Source: Rhodococcus rhodochrous
GTDB taxonomy: Bacteria > Actinomycetota > Actinomycetes > Mycobacteriales > Mycobacteriaceae
Direction: 5' to 3'
NCBI RefSeq assembly: GCF_900187265.1
Contig: NZ_LT906450.1
Span: 981,444-1,045,443, forward strand
Length of the DNA stretch: 64,000 bases
Shown: positions 49,118 to 58,010 of the stretch, piece after piece
Numbering within the stretch: the stretch's first letter is position 1
How the letters are laid out: every line of letters starts with the position of its first letter
Notes under the pieces: model-generated
The model's input: the letters and a program-made list of their open reading frames with translations, nothing else
What the model was told of the DNA's origin: nothing
Database searches by the model: none
Program-made: the position numbers and the translations under genes

Positions 49118-50748
49118 CCGTTCTCGCGCAGGGTGGGGCCGACGTCGGTAACCCGATCCTCAACATCGCCATCTTCGTCGCGTTCGTCGTCATCACGATG
49201 GGTCTGGTCATCAAGGCCAGCCGCACGACGAAGAAGGCCTCCGACTTCTACACCGGCGGCGGCCAGTTCTCCGGTCCGCAGAACGGTTTCGCCATCGCCG
49301 GCGACTACCTGTCGGCCGCGTCGTTCCTCGGTATCGCCGGTGCGATCGCCGTCTACGGATACGACGGATTCCTGTACTCGATCGGCTTCCTCGTCGCATG
49401 GCTCGTCGCCCTGCTGCTCGTCGCCGAACTGCTCCGCAACACCGGCCGGTTCACGATGGCCGACGTGCTGAGCTTCCGGCTCAAGGAACGCCCCGTCCGC
49501 ATGGCGGCGGCGCTCTCGACCCTCGCGGTGTCGCTGTTCTACCTGCTCGCGCAGATGGCCGGCGCCGGCGGACTCGTCGCGCTGCTGCTCGACATCGAGG
49601 GCAAGGTCGGTCAGGCCATCGTCGTCGCGGTCGTCGGTGTGCTCATGATCGTGTACGTGCTGATCGGCGGCATGAAGGGCACGACCTACGTGCAGATGGT
49701 CAAGGCCGTGCTGCTCGTCGCCGGCGCGGGCCTGATGTTCGTGCTCGTCCTGTTCGCGGTGCGGGGCAACTTCTCGCAGCTGCTCGCCGATGCACAGGCG
49801 ATGGTGTCGAGTTCGTCGAACGAGGCCGTCGCCCAGCGCGACGTGCTCGCTCCCGGTGCCAAGTACGGCATCAGCAACATGACGCAGATCGACTTCCTCT
49901 CGCTCGGCATCGCGCTGGTCCTCGGCACCGCCGGTCTGCCGCACGTGCTGATGCGCTTCTACACCGTGCCCACCGCCAAGGAAGCACGTCGCTCGGTCAC
50001 CTGGGCCATCGCCCTCATCGGCGCCTTCTACCTGTTCACCCTGGTGCTCGGCTACGGTGCCGCGAAGATGGTCGGCCCCGACGCGATTCTCGGTGCTCCC
50101 GGCAAGGAGAACGCGGCGGCCCCGCTGCTGGCCTTCGAACTCGGCGGCACGGTCTTCCTCGCGATCATCTCGGCCGTCGCCTTCGCCACGATCCTCGCGG
50201 TCGTCGCCGGCCTGGCCATCACCGCCTCGGCGTCGTTCGCCCACGACATCTACGCCAGCGTCATCAAACGTGGCAACGCCACCGAGGACGAGCAGGTGCG
50301 GGTCTCGCGGATCACGGTCGTCGTGATCGGTCTGGTGGCGATCGTCCTCGGCATCCTCGCGATGGGACAGAACATCGCCTTCCTGGTGGCCCTGGCCTTC
50401 GCGGTCGCCGCCTCGGCGAATCTGCCCACCCTGCTGTACTCGCTGTTCTGGCGGAAGTTCAACACGACCGGCGCCCTGTTCAGCATCTACGGCGGTCTGA
50501 TCAGCTGCCTCGTGCTCATCGTGTTCTCCCCGGCGGTGTCCGGTGCACCCTCGGCGATGTTCCCGAACGTGGACTTCTCCTGGTTCCCGCTGTCGAACCC
50601 GGGCATCGTGTCCATCCCGCTCGCGTTCGCCCTCGGCATCGTCGGCACCTATGTCGGACGCCGCAAGCAGGAGGACCGGTACAAGCAGGCGGAGATGGAG
50701 GTCCGCTCGCTCACCGGTGTCGGTGTGGAGAAGGCCGTCTCCCACTGA
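49114..50748 (+). CDS. actP: Cation/acetate symporter ActP (SSS family), copy 2
   Basis: 544 aa, closely matching E. coli ActP (DFYTGGGQFSGPQNGFAIAGDYLSAASFLGIAG, GLPHVLMRFYTVP). Confidence 0.9.
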   Translation: MTVLAQGGADVGNPILNIAIFVAFVVITMGLVIKASRTTKKASDFYTGGGQFSGPQNGFAIAGDYLSAASFLGIAGAIAVYGYDGFLYSIGFLVAWLVALLLVAELLRNTGRFTMADVLSFRLKERPVRMAAALSTLAVSLFYLLAQMAGAGGLVALLLDIEGKVGQAIVVAVVGVLMIVYVLIGGMKGTTYVQMVKAVLLVAGAGLMFVLVLFAVRGNFSQLLADAQAMVSSSSNEAVAQRDVLAPGAKYGISNMTQIDFLSLGIALVLGTAGLPHVLMRFYTVPTAKEARRSVTWAIALIGAFYLFTLVLGYGAAKMVGPDAILGAPGKENAAAPLLAFELGGTVFLAIISAVAFATILAVVAGLAITASASFAHDIYASVIKRGNATEDEQVRVSRITVVVIGLVAIVLGILAMGQNIAFLVALAFAVAASANLPTLLYSLFWRKFNTTGALFSIYGGLISCLVLIVFSPAVSGAPSAMFPNVDFSWFPLSNPGIVSIPLAFALGIVGTYVGRRKQEDRYKQAEMEVRSLTGVGVEKAVSH

Positions 50749-50845
50749 TCCTCTGCGCCGCGGTGGCCCGCTCCCGATCCGGGGGCGGGCCACCGTCGTG
50801 TCGAGGTGCCCCGCCGGTGGAACGGACCGTCTACTGTTGCGGACC

Positions 50846-51316
50846 ATGGCGAAACTCGAAGTGTCCACCGACCTTCCGCTCGACCCGCACGCAGCGTGGG
50901 AACACGCCTCCCGCCTCGAATCGTTCGGGGAGTGGCTGAGCATCCACGACGGGTGGCGCAGCGACCTGCCGGACACCCTCGCCGAGGGCACCACCCTGCA
51001 GTCGGTGGTATCCGTCAAGGGCATGCGCAACCGCGTCACGTGGACCATCGTCGAACTGGACGCGCCGCACCACGTGGTGCTGAAGGGAACCGGCAAGGGC
51101 GGCACGAAGTTCTCGATGCGGCTCGCCGTCGCCGCCCGCGGGGACGGTTCGACGCTGTCGATGAAGATCGACCTCGGCGGTGCACCCCTGTTCGGTCCGA
51201 TCGGGTCGGGGGTGGCGCGTGCCCTGCACGGCGACCTGCAGTCGTCGCTCGACACCTTCGCGCGCCGCTACGGCGGGAACTTGACGCCTCTGGACACGTC
51301 CCCGGGAAAGGCGTAG
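50846..51316 (+). CDS. SRPBCC-family protein (polyketide cyclase/dehydrase-like, Rv0910 toxin-like fold)
   Basis: 156 aa. MAKLEVSTDLPLDPHAAWEHASRLESFGEWLS... The start is refined within the longer ORF. Confidence 0.65.
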   Translation: MAKLEVSTDLPLDPHAAWEHASRLESFGEWLSIHDGWRSDLPDTLAEGTTLQSVVSVKGMRNRVTWTIVELDAPHHVVLKGTGKGGTKFSMRLAVAARGDGSTLSMKIDLGGAPLFGPIGSGVARALHGDLQSSLDTFARRYGGNLTPLDTSPGKA

Positions 51317-51400
51317 ACCCGTAAGGACAACCGCGGCCGGCCGCGGATCGGATCCGTCGCCGAGTGCTCGGTACTCGACGCGAATGCGAGGTCGACGCCC

Positions 51401-52723
51401 ATGTCCGAGGATCACGACCCGGGTACCGGTGGGCATGCCGCCGAATCGCGGTGGTGGGCGTGGGCGGCCTGTCTCGGCGTAATCGCGGCGATCGTGCTGC
51501 CGCTCGTGGAAGCCGGTCTGCGAGGTGTCGTCGCGCTGCTGCTGGTCGCGGCGGCCGGCGCAGCTCTGGCCGTCGCCGGGGCCTACTGGTTCCTCACCCA
51601 CCGGGGCGTGATCCGCGGGGCGGCTCTGGCCGTGACCGTTCTCGCGCCGGTGGTCGTGGTGGTCGTCTTCGCGGCGTCCGGTCACCTGTGGGTCGCCGTC
51701 GCGTCGGTACTGCTCGTCGCCGTGGCGGTCGCGTGCGGCCGCCACGCCCTGCGAGACGAGCGCGTGACCCCGCAGCCGGAGTTCCCCGCCCTTCCCGTGC
51801 AGCATCCGTTCTTCGTCATGAATCCACGCTCGGGTGGCGGCAAGGTCGTCCGTTACGACCTGCAGCGCAAGGCCGAGGAACTCGGCGCCGAAGTGGTGTT
51901 GCTGAGCGGACCGCAGCAACTCGACGTCACCGAACTGGCGGAGCAGGCCGTCGAACGAGGGGCGGACCTGCTCGGTGTCGCGGGTGGCGACGGAACACAG
52001 GCCCTCGTCGCGGCGGTCGCAGCGCACCACCGACTTCCGTTCGTGGTGATCAGCGCCGGAACCCGGAATCATTTCGCTCTCGACCTCGGGCTCGACCGGG
52101 AGGATCCCGCTGCGGGTCTGGACGCCCTCCGTGACGGGGTCGAACTGCGCGTCGATCTCGGCCGGATCAACGGGCGGCCGTTCGTCAACAATGCGTCCTT
52201 CGGGGTCTACGCAGAGGTGGTGCGGAGCCCTCAGTACCGTGCCGACAAGACGGCGACGGTGCTGCAGATGCTGCCCGATCTGCTCGGTGAGCAGGGCAGG
52301 CCGGGCCTGCGGGCGCACATCGACACCGAGACCGTCGAGGGACCTCAGACGGTGTTGGTCAGCAACGGTCCGTACGCCTTCGACGACCTGGCAGGAATGG
52401 GCCGACGGCCCCGCCTGGACAGCGGCCGGCTCGGTGTCGTCGCGATCTCGGTCTCGAACGCACGCCAGGCGGTCGGCCTGTTCCGTCGCACCCACAACCG
52501 AGGCCTGTTGCAGCGCACCGCCACAGAAGTGGTCGTCGATGCGGATGTACCGGAGATTCCGGTCGGAGTCGACGGTGAGTCGGTGATGCTGTCGACACCC
52601 GTCCGATGCACGATCTCCACCGGAGCGCTACGAGTTCGTGTTCCCCGCAACCGTCCGGGAGCGCGTGTGTCGCCCCCGCACCTCGATTCTGTTCGGTTGC
52701 GGAAGATATTGTGGCCGAATTGA
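51401..52723 (+). CDS. Diacylglycerol kinase catalytic-domain lipid kinase with an N-terminal membrane anchor
   Basis: About 110 aa of N-terminal TM helices, then a DAGK_cat core (GGDGTQALVAAV). Confidence 0.8.
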   Translation: MSEDHDPGTGGHAAESRWWAWAACLGVIAAIVLPLVEAGLRGVVALLLVAAAGAALAVAGAYWFLTHRGVIRGAALAVTVLAPVVVVVVFAASGHLWVAVASVLLVAVAVACGRHALRDERVTPQPEFPALPVQHPFFVMNPRSGGGKVVRYDLQRKAEELGAEVVLLSGPQQLDVTELAEQAVERGADLLGVAGGDGTQALVAAVAAHHRLPFVVISAGTRNHFALDLGLDREDPAAGLDALRDGVELRVDLGRINGRPFVNNASFGVYAEVVRSPQYRADKTATVLQMLPDLLGEQGRPGLRAHIDTETVEGPQTVLVSNGPYAFDDLAGMGRRPRLDSGRLGVVAISVSNARQAVGLFRRTHNRGLLQRTATEVVVDADVPEIPVGVDGESVMLSTPVRCTISTGALRVRVPRNRPGARVSPPHLDSVRLRKILWPN

Positions 52724-52771
52724 ACTCTTCGGATCTCACATTCCGGCGTATCCCGCGACTTCAATGGAGGG

Positions 52772-53614
52772 ATGTGCAGATGGATGGCGTATACCGGTGA
52801 TCCCGTCCTGATGGACGACCTGCTCTTCCGGCCCGTGCACTCCCTGATCGATCAGAGCCTGCATTCCAAGATGGGCGCGACCACCACGAACGGGGACGGC
52901 TTCGGTATCGGCTGGTACGGCGAAGGCCCGAGACCGGCATTGTTCAAGTGCATCGAACCCGCCTGGAACGAGAGCAACCTCCGCGAGCTCGCCACGCAGA
53001 TCCGCACGCCGTTGATGTTCGCGCATGTCCGCGCCTCGACGGGAACCCCGGTGCAGCGCACCAATTGCCATCCTTTCCGCTACGAGAACAGGCTGTGGAT
53101 GCACAACGGGGCGGTGCGCGGATTCCACCTCATGAAGCGGGATCTTGCGATGGCCGTCGATGCGAGTCTCTACGACGCGATCCGGGGGTCGACGGATTCG
53201 GAGATGCTGTTCTACCTCGCGCTCACCTTCGGCCTCGCCGACGACCCGTTCACCGGCGTGGCGAAGGCCGTCGGCTTCGTGGAGGACGTCGGAGCTCGCA
53301 TGGGCATCGAGAACCCTATGCAGGGTACGCTCGCCACTACCGACGGCAGCTGTGTCTGGGTGTTCCGGTATTCGACGGAACGGAAGACACGTTCGTTGTT
53401 CTACTCGGCCGACATCAAGGCGATACGGGCGCAGCATCCTGAAGTGGAAGTGCTGTACAAGCTGGGGGATGACACCCGATTCGTGGTGTCCGAACCCCTC
53501 CGGGATCTCGAAGGGGCCTGGTTGGAGGTTCCGGAGTCGAGCGCGGGCGTCGTCCAGGGGAGCGAACAGGAGTTCCGACCGTTCGCGCCGATCTCGCCCG
53601 TGCACTCGATGTGA
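52772..53614 (+). CDS. Class II (Ntn) glutamine amidotransferase domain protein (EgtC-like)
   Basis: Starts MC (MCRWMAYTGDP) with the Cys2 nucleophile. GATase_2/EgtC-like motifs. RBS GGAGGG. Confidence 0.75.
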   Translation: MCRWMAYTGDPVLMDDLLFRPVHSLIDQSLHSKMGATTTNGDGFGIGWYGEGPRPALFKCIEPAWNESNLRELATQIRTPLMFAHVRASTGTPVQRTNCHPFRYENRLWMHNGAVRGFHLMKRDLAMAVDASLYDAIRGSTDSEMLFYLALTFGLADDPFTGVAKAVGFVEDVGARMGIENPMQGTLATTDGSCVWVFRYSTERKTRSLFYSADIKAIRAQHPEVEVLYKLGDDTRFVVSEPLRDLEGAWLEVPESSAGVVQGSEQEFRPFAPISPVHSM

Positions 53615-53665
53615 TCACGACGAATTCCCCGCTACAGGAGTCACTCCCGCCGAGGGCGGCAACGA

Positions 53666-55057
53666 TCAGGTCGTCGGTTGGTTCTCAGGGTTGCGGGCGG
53701 GCCTGATCACCAGTTCCAGAGCGAGCAGTGCCAGTACCGCACCCAGCACGATGAGAGTGACCACGAGTCCGGTGGGATAACGCCAGAACATCACGAGCAG
53801 TGCGGCCGCTCCGATGACGACCGATCGGATGGCGATGCGGGCGCGGAAAGCGTTTTCCTCGAAGGGGTTCGGAGAACGTGGCTGTCGCAGTCGCTGAACG
53901 GCATCGAGGCTGCGGCCGAACCCACGCCGAACGGTCCGGGCGGAGGGCGAGCCACCGGTGAGGTAGGCACCGAGAGCGATCACCAGTCCGAGCGCCGCGA
54001 CCGCCCGAAGGCTGGTCCGCAGCGGCACCAGCACCGTATCGATGATGGCGGCCGCCGCGTCCGGCGACAGGACGTCGGGCGGGACATCGTCGAGATACAG
54101 CGACCGAGCCACAATGATCGCGACCGCCAGGAGGAACATGCCCGTCACCAGGACGAGGCCGACGAAGGCGAGTGCGCGTAGGCGACGGCCGGCCGGCGCG
54201 ACAGCAACTGCGGCGGCAGCAGCGGCGAGGGTGATCCAGGGCAGCACATCCGAAATATTGTCGAGAGTGTTCACGGCCCGCTGCGCCCGGACCAGTTCCG
54301 GTGATCGGAACAGGACCAACTGCTTGTCGACGCTGGGGATCTTCTCTGCGAACGTGAAACCGCGGTCGAGAAGACGTCCCTTCACGTTGTCGATCACCGC
54401 GCCGAGCGAAATGCTCACCGTGCCCGAATCGTCGACCGTCACCGACGACGGTCCGACGTTCCCGGTCACGACCGCGACCAATGCGTTGTGGGCACCGCGG
54501 TGGGCCTGGATCCACAGGTCCTCGAACTGCTCGCTCTGCACGAGCGACAGCACCGTCTCGTCGACGAAGGTCCGCGCCTGCCCGGTGATCACCGGTGCCA
54601 GTCCCTCGACGGCGCGGTCGACGCGTGGCGCGTTCTCCGCGGCCGGAACGGCATCGGTGAGAGCAACCAGAGCGTCGGTCGTCAGACCTTCGACGTCGAC
54701 GCGCGTAAAGATCTCGTCGGTGACCGAATTCGCGATCTGCGTCTGGATGGCGGGATTCGAACTCAGTGGGGCGACGGTGGTCACGTACCGGTCGGTGTCG
54801 AGGATTTCGCCGCGCACGAACCGTGCGGTGACCGAGAGGACGGCCAGAACCCCAACCATTACGGTGAGCAGCCCAACCGCGGCCCAGCGCCATCCGTGTC
54901 TCGCGGGTCGTGTGCCGGGAACGGTCTCCGTATCGGGTGCGGCTCGTTCGCGGAGCGTCGCGACCTCCGCGCGCAACTGCTCGAGCTCGGCGCGCTCGTC
55001 CTCGTCCAGCCGAGCGGGCCGGAGGTCGTCGCCGCCTGTAGCGGTGTCGATGGTCAT
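53666..55057 (-). CDS. Hypothetical integral membrane protein
   Basis: 463 aa with consistent codon usage, an N-terminal soluble domain and several TM segments. No family recognised. Confidence 0.55.
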   Translation of the reverse strand: MTIDTATGGDDLRPARLDEDERAELEQLRAEVATLRERAAPDTETVPGTRPARHGWRWAAVGLLTVMVGVLAVLSVTARFVRGEILDTDRYVTTVAPLSSNPAIQTQIANSVTDEIFTRVDVEGLTTDALVALTDAVPAAENAPRVDRAVEGLAPVITGQARTFVDETVLSLVQSEQFEDLWIQAHRGAHNALVAVVTGNVGPSSVTVDDSGTVSISLGAVIDNVKGRLLDRGFTFAEKIPSVDKQLVLFRSPELVRAQRAVNTLDNISDVLPWITLAAAAAAVAVAPAGRRLRALAFVGLVLVTGMFLLAVAIIVARSLYLDDVPPDVLSPDAAAAIIDTVLVPLRTSLRAVAALGLVIALGAYLTGGSPSARTVRRGFGRSLDAVQRLRQPRSPNPFEENAFRARIAIRSVVIGAAALLVMFWRYPTGLVVTLIVLGAVLALLALELVIRPARNPENQPTT

Positions 55058-55237
55058 CCCTGACTCGCCCCCTTTCGGGGCCGGACTCAGTATGCGCCGC
55101 CCCGAATCGGCTCCGGCAGGGACTTTCGGCCCTATTCGCTACTGAAGACGCCGCCGAGTGGTCATACTCGAACACGGGGGTACCTGTTCACGAAGGCATC
55201 GTCGGAAGTCCGTTTCGGCTTCCGCGGATGATCTTTG

Positions 55238-55705
55238 ATGGAAACGAGGTTCCAGGTGACCGAATCGGACATCGACGAGATGGGACCGGTCGACTATCTC
55301 GTCATCGAATTCCCTGCCGACCGACCACCGAACGGTTCTGCGCTACCGCTGCTGCTCGACCTCGTCGAACGAGGCATCATCCGGGTACTCGATCTCGCGT
55401 TCGTCCGCAAGGACCGTGACGGTTCGGTCGCCGGAGTCGACATCTCGGAGGTCGGGCTGGAGGGCGAGGTGGACGTGACCCTGTTCGCGGAGGTGTCCTC
55501 GGGGTTGCTCGACGAGACCGATTTCTCGGAAGCGGGCGCCGCGCTCGAACCCGGCTGCTCGGCGGCCGTGCTCGTCTACGAGAACACCTGGGCTGCTCCG
55601 CTGGCCCGGGCACTGCGTCACAACGGTGCCGAACTCGTCGCGTCCGGGCGTATCCCTGTCCAGAGCATCCTGGCTTCGCTGGAGAAGCTCGACGTCGAAA
55701 TGTGA
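55238..55705 (+). CDS. DUF6325-like conserved hypothetical protein
   Basis: MGPVDYLVIEFPADRPPNGSALPLLLDLVERGIIRVLDLAFVRKDRDGSV... resembles an actinobacterial DUF that is usually adjacent to SHOCT proteins. Confidence 0.55.
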   Translation: METRFQVTESDIDEMGPVDYLVIEFPADRPPNGSALPLLLDLVERGIIRVLDLAFVRKDRDGSVAGVDISEVGLEGEVDVTLFAEVSSGLLDETDFSEAGAALEPGCSAAVLVYENTWAAPLARALRHNGAELVASGRIPVQSILASLEKLDVEM

Positions 55706-55737
55706 CTCGAGCAAACGAGATACACGAGGAGATCGAT

Positions 55738-56046
55738 ATGCCAGGACTACTCCGCGGGGTGGCTCGTACCGCAGTCGTCGCGGGGACGGCGACGGCCGTC
55801 TCCAACCGCGTCTCCCGTCGGCAGGGTGAACGGTGGGCATCGCAGGGGCAGGCCGTATACGGTCGGCCCGCGCAGTACGCACCCGAACCCGAACCTGCAC
55901 CGACGCCCGCATCGCCTCCTGTTGCTCCGCCTCCTGGCGGGACGGACCGCATCGCGGCGCTGAAGGACCTCGCCGAACTGAAAGCGCAGGGCGTACTCAC
56001 CGAGGCCGAGTTCGAGAGGGAGAAGGCGAGAATTCTCGCATCCTGA
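55738..56046 (+). CDS. SHOCT-domain protein
   Basis: The C-terminal DRIAALKDLAELKAQGVLTEAEFEREKARIL is a SHOCT motif. RBS GAGGAG. Confidence 0.7.
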   Translation: MPGLLRGVARTAVVAGTATAVSNRVSRRQGERWASQGQAVYGRPAQYAPEPEPAPTPASPPVAPPPGGTDRIAALKDLAELKAQGVLTEAEFEREKARILAS

Positions 56047-56119
56047 CCACGAGTGCGGCTTCCGGCACGAGTGGGTACGACCGTTCCGACGCGACGAACG
56101 ATGCGATGGGACGAGGCTC

Positions 56120-56341
56120 ATGGGCGACTGGAGGTGCACGGTACACCGAGCCGACGAACCGACCGACTGCGTGGCGAGGCTGTCGCTGGTACTGGCGGAC
56201 GACCTCACCCCGGCGGAGGTGCAGGACCGTGCTCGGGTGCTGGCCCGTCAACTCTTCGGGCACGACGTCGACGCCGGGGAAGTCGAGCTGGAGAACTGGT
56301 CGTCCCCTCGGCCGCCGTCTGCGCAACCGCCGTCGACGTGA
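56120..56341 (+). CDS. Possible small hypothetical protein (73 aa)
   Basis: High GC3 and a plausible RBS, but no homology recognised. It could be non-coding. Confidence 0.3.
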   Translation: MGDWRCTVHRADEPTDCVARLSLVLADDLTPAEVQDRARVLARQLFGHDVDAGEVELENWSSPRPPSAQPPST

Positions 56342-56437
56342 TACCGATGACGCACTGCATCGATTGACGCAGAGCAGGTTTCGTCCGGTACGTGTGCGGC
56401 GCTGTGCTCCCTGCCGTTTTACTGCGCTCTGCGGTGG

Positions 56438-57847
56438 TCACTGTGCTCCGGAGGCGGGAGGCGCCGTGCTCGAGCTCGAGGGAAGGAGCGCGGACGCGAC
56501 GAGCCCGACGAGTCCGATGCACGCCAGCACGATCATCGCCGCCGCATACGAACGGTCCGGCGTGGCCAGGCCGACGACGAGGACGGTGCCTGCCACGGCA
56601 GTGCCCAGGGACGAACCCAGATTGGACACGCAGCGCGACAGGCCCGAGATCTCACCCTGCTGTTCCTCCGGGAACGCCGACTGCACGACGTTCACGGAGG
56701 GAGTGAGCATCGCGCCCAGTCCGACGCCGATGAGCAGCAGGCCCGGGGCGAACGCCCATGCGCTGGTCCATGCACGCACCAGCAGGAGCAGGACCACGAT
56801 GCCGGCGAGCGTGACGACGAAGCCGCTCATGATGAGGGCGCGTTGTGAATGCCTGTCGGCCAATCGCTCCGCCAACAGCGAGGACCCGAGGATGCCGGCA
56901 GTGGCGGCGGTGAAGATGACGCCGGTCTCGATGGCGTTGTAGCCGCGGACCACTTGCAGGAATGCCGAGACGACGAACGCGACGCCCATGAGCAACAGCC
57001 ACTGGATGTTCTGGGTGAGGAGCGCGAGATTCGACGTGCGATTGCGGAACAGGCCGGTCGACAACAGGGGCACTCGACCGACCCGTTCGAATCGCCGTAC
57101 GTGCAGGAAGAATCCCACGATGAGCAGGATTCCGAGGCCGATGAGGCCGGCGGACACCGAGAGTGCGTTGTCCGCCTGCAGAATTCCCATGACGACGCAG
57201 ACGAGACCCGCAGCGGACAGGACGGCACCGATCCCGTCGAAGGGTGTGGTCGGATCCGGTGGCAGAGGATCCTCGAATCCTCGGCTCAGGACCACGATGG
57301 CGGCGACGATCAAGGCCTGGAAGACGAAGGCGGCCCGCCAATCGATCGCGGTGGTGATCAGTCCACCGATCAACGGCCCTGCTGCGGCGCCTATCCCACC
57401 CATGCCGGTGATCACACCGAAGGCCCGTGCCCGGGACTTCATGTCGGTGAAGAGCATGGTCGTGAGGATGTACACGGGCGGGATCAGCAGTGCGGTGCCG
57501 ATCCCTTCGAGGATCGAGTTGCCCAGGATCAGAACTCCCAGACCCGGTGCTGCCGCACTGAGGAGTGCACCCACGCCGTACAGGACGAGCCCGGCGACGA
57601 AACATCGCTTGCGACCCCATCGATCCGTCAGTTTCCCACCCGGAATCATGAAAGCTGCCATGACCAGAAGGAACACGGTGATCGCGGTCTGGACGCCTTG
57701 CACCGTGGTGTCCAGGTCGACGCTGATGTCGTTGATCATCACGTTCATGTTCGAACCTGCGAAACTGCAGATGAACTGAGCGAGGGCGAGCGGGAGCAAC
57801 ATTCGCCGGATGGGGGCGGACGGTCTCGCCACCGGATTCTCGGTCAT
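56438..57847 (-). CDS. MFS transporter (DHA2-like, 14 TMS drug:H+ antiporter family)
   Basis: MFS motifs (GKLTDRWGRKR) and 14 predicted TM segments. The start is refined to MTENPV. Confidence 0.8.
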   Translation of the reverse strand: MTENPVARPSAPIRRMLLPLALAQFICSFAGSNMNVMINDISVDLDTTVQGVQTAITVFLLVMAAFMIPGGKLTDRWGRKRCFVAGLVLYGVGALLSAAAPGLGVLILGNSILEGIGTALLIPPVYILTTMLFTDMKSRARAFGVITGMGGIGAAAGPLIGGLITTAIDWRAAFVFQALIVAAIVVLSRGFEDPLPPDPTTPFDGIGAVLSAAGLVCVVMGILQADNALSVSAGLIGLGILLIVGFFLHVRRFERVGRVPLLSTGLFRNRTSNLALLTQNIQWLLLMGVAFVVSAFLQVVRGYNAIETGVIFTAATAGILGSSLLAERLADRHSQRALIMSGFVVTLAGIVVLLLLVRAWTSAWAFAPGLLLIGVGLGAMLTPSVNVVQSAFPEEQQGEISGLSRCVSNLGSSLGTAVAGTVLVVGLATPDRSYAAAMIVLACIGLVGLVASALLPSSSSTAPPASGAQ

Positions 57848-58010
57848 CTCGTACTTCCCGTCGCGAAGGACGTCGCCGCAACTCTGCACGTCATGATCCA
57901 CCGCGAGGGTCGGCAGTGGCGCCGACGAGTCGAAACCGTGACCTTGACCTAGTATCCGAGACCAGAGGAGGATCTAAGGACTCGTCTCCTCTTCTCGCGG
58001 GGGTACCGCC

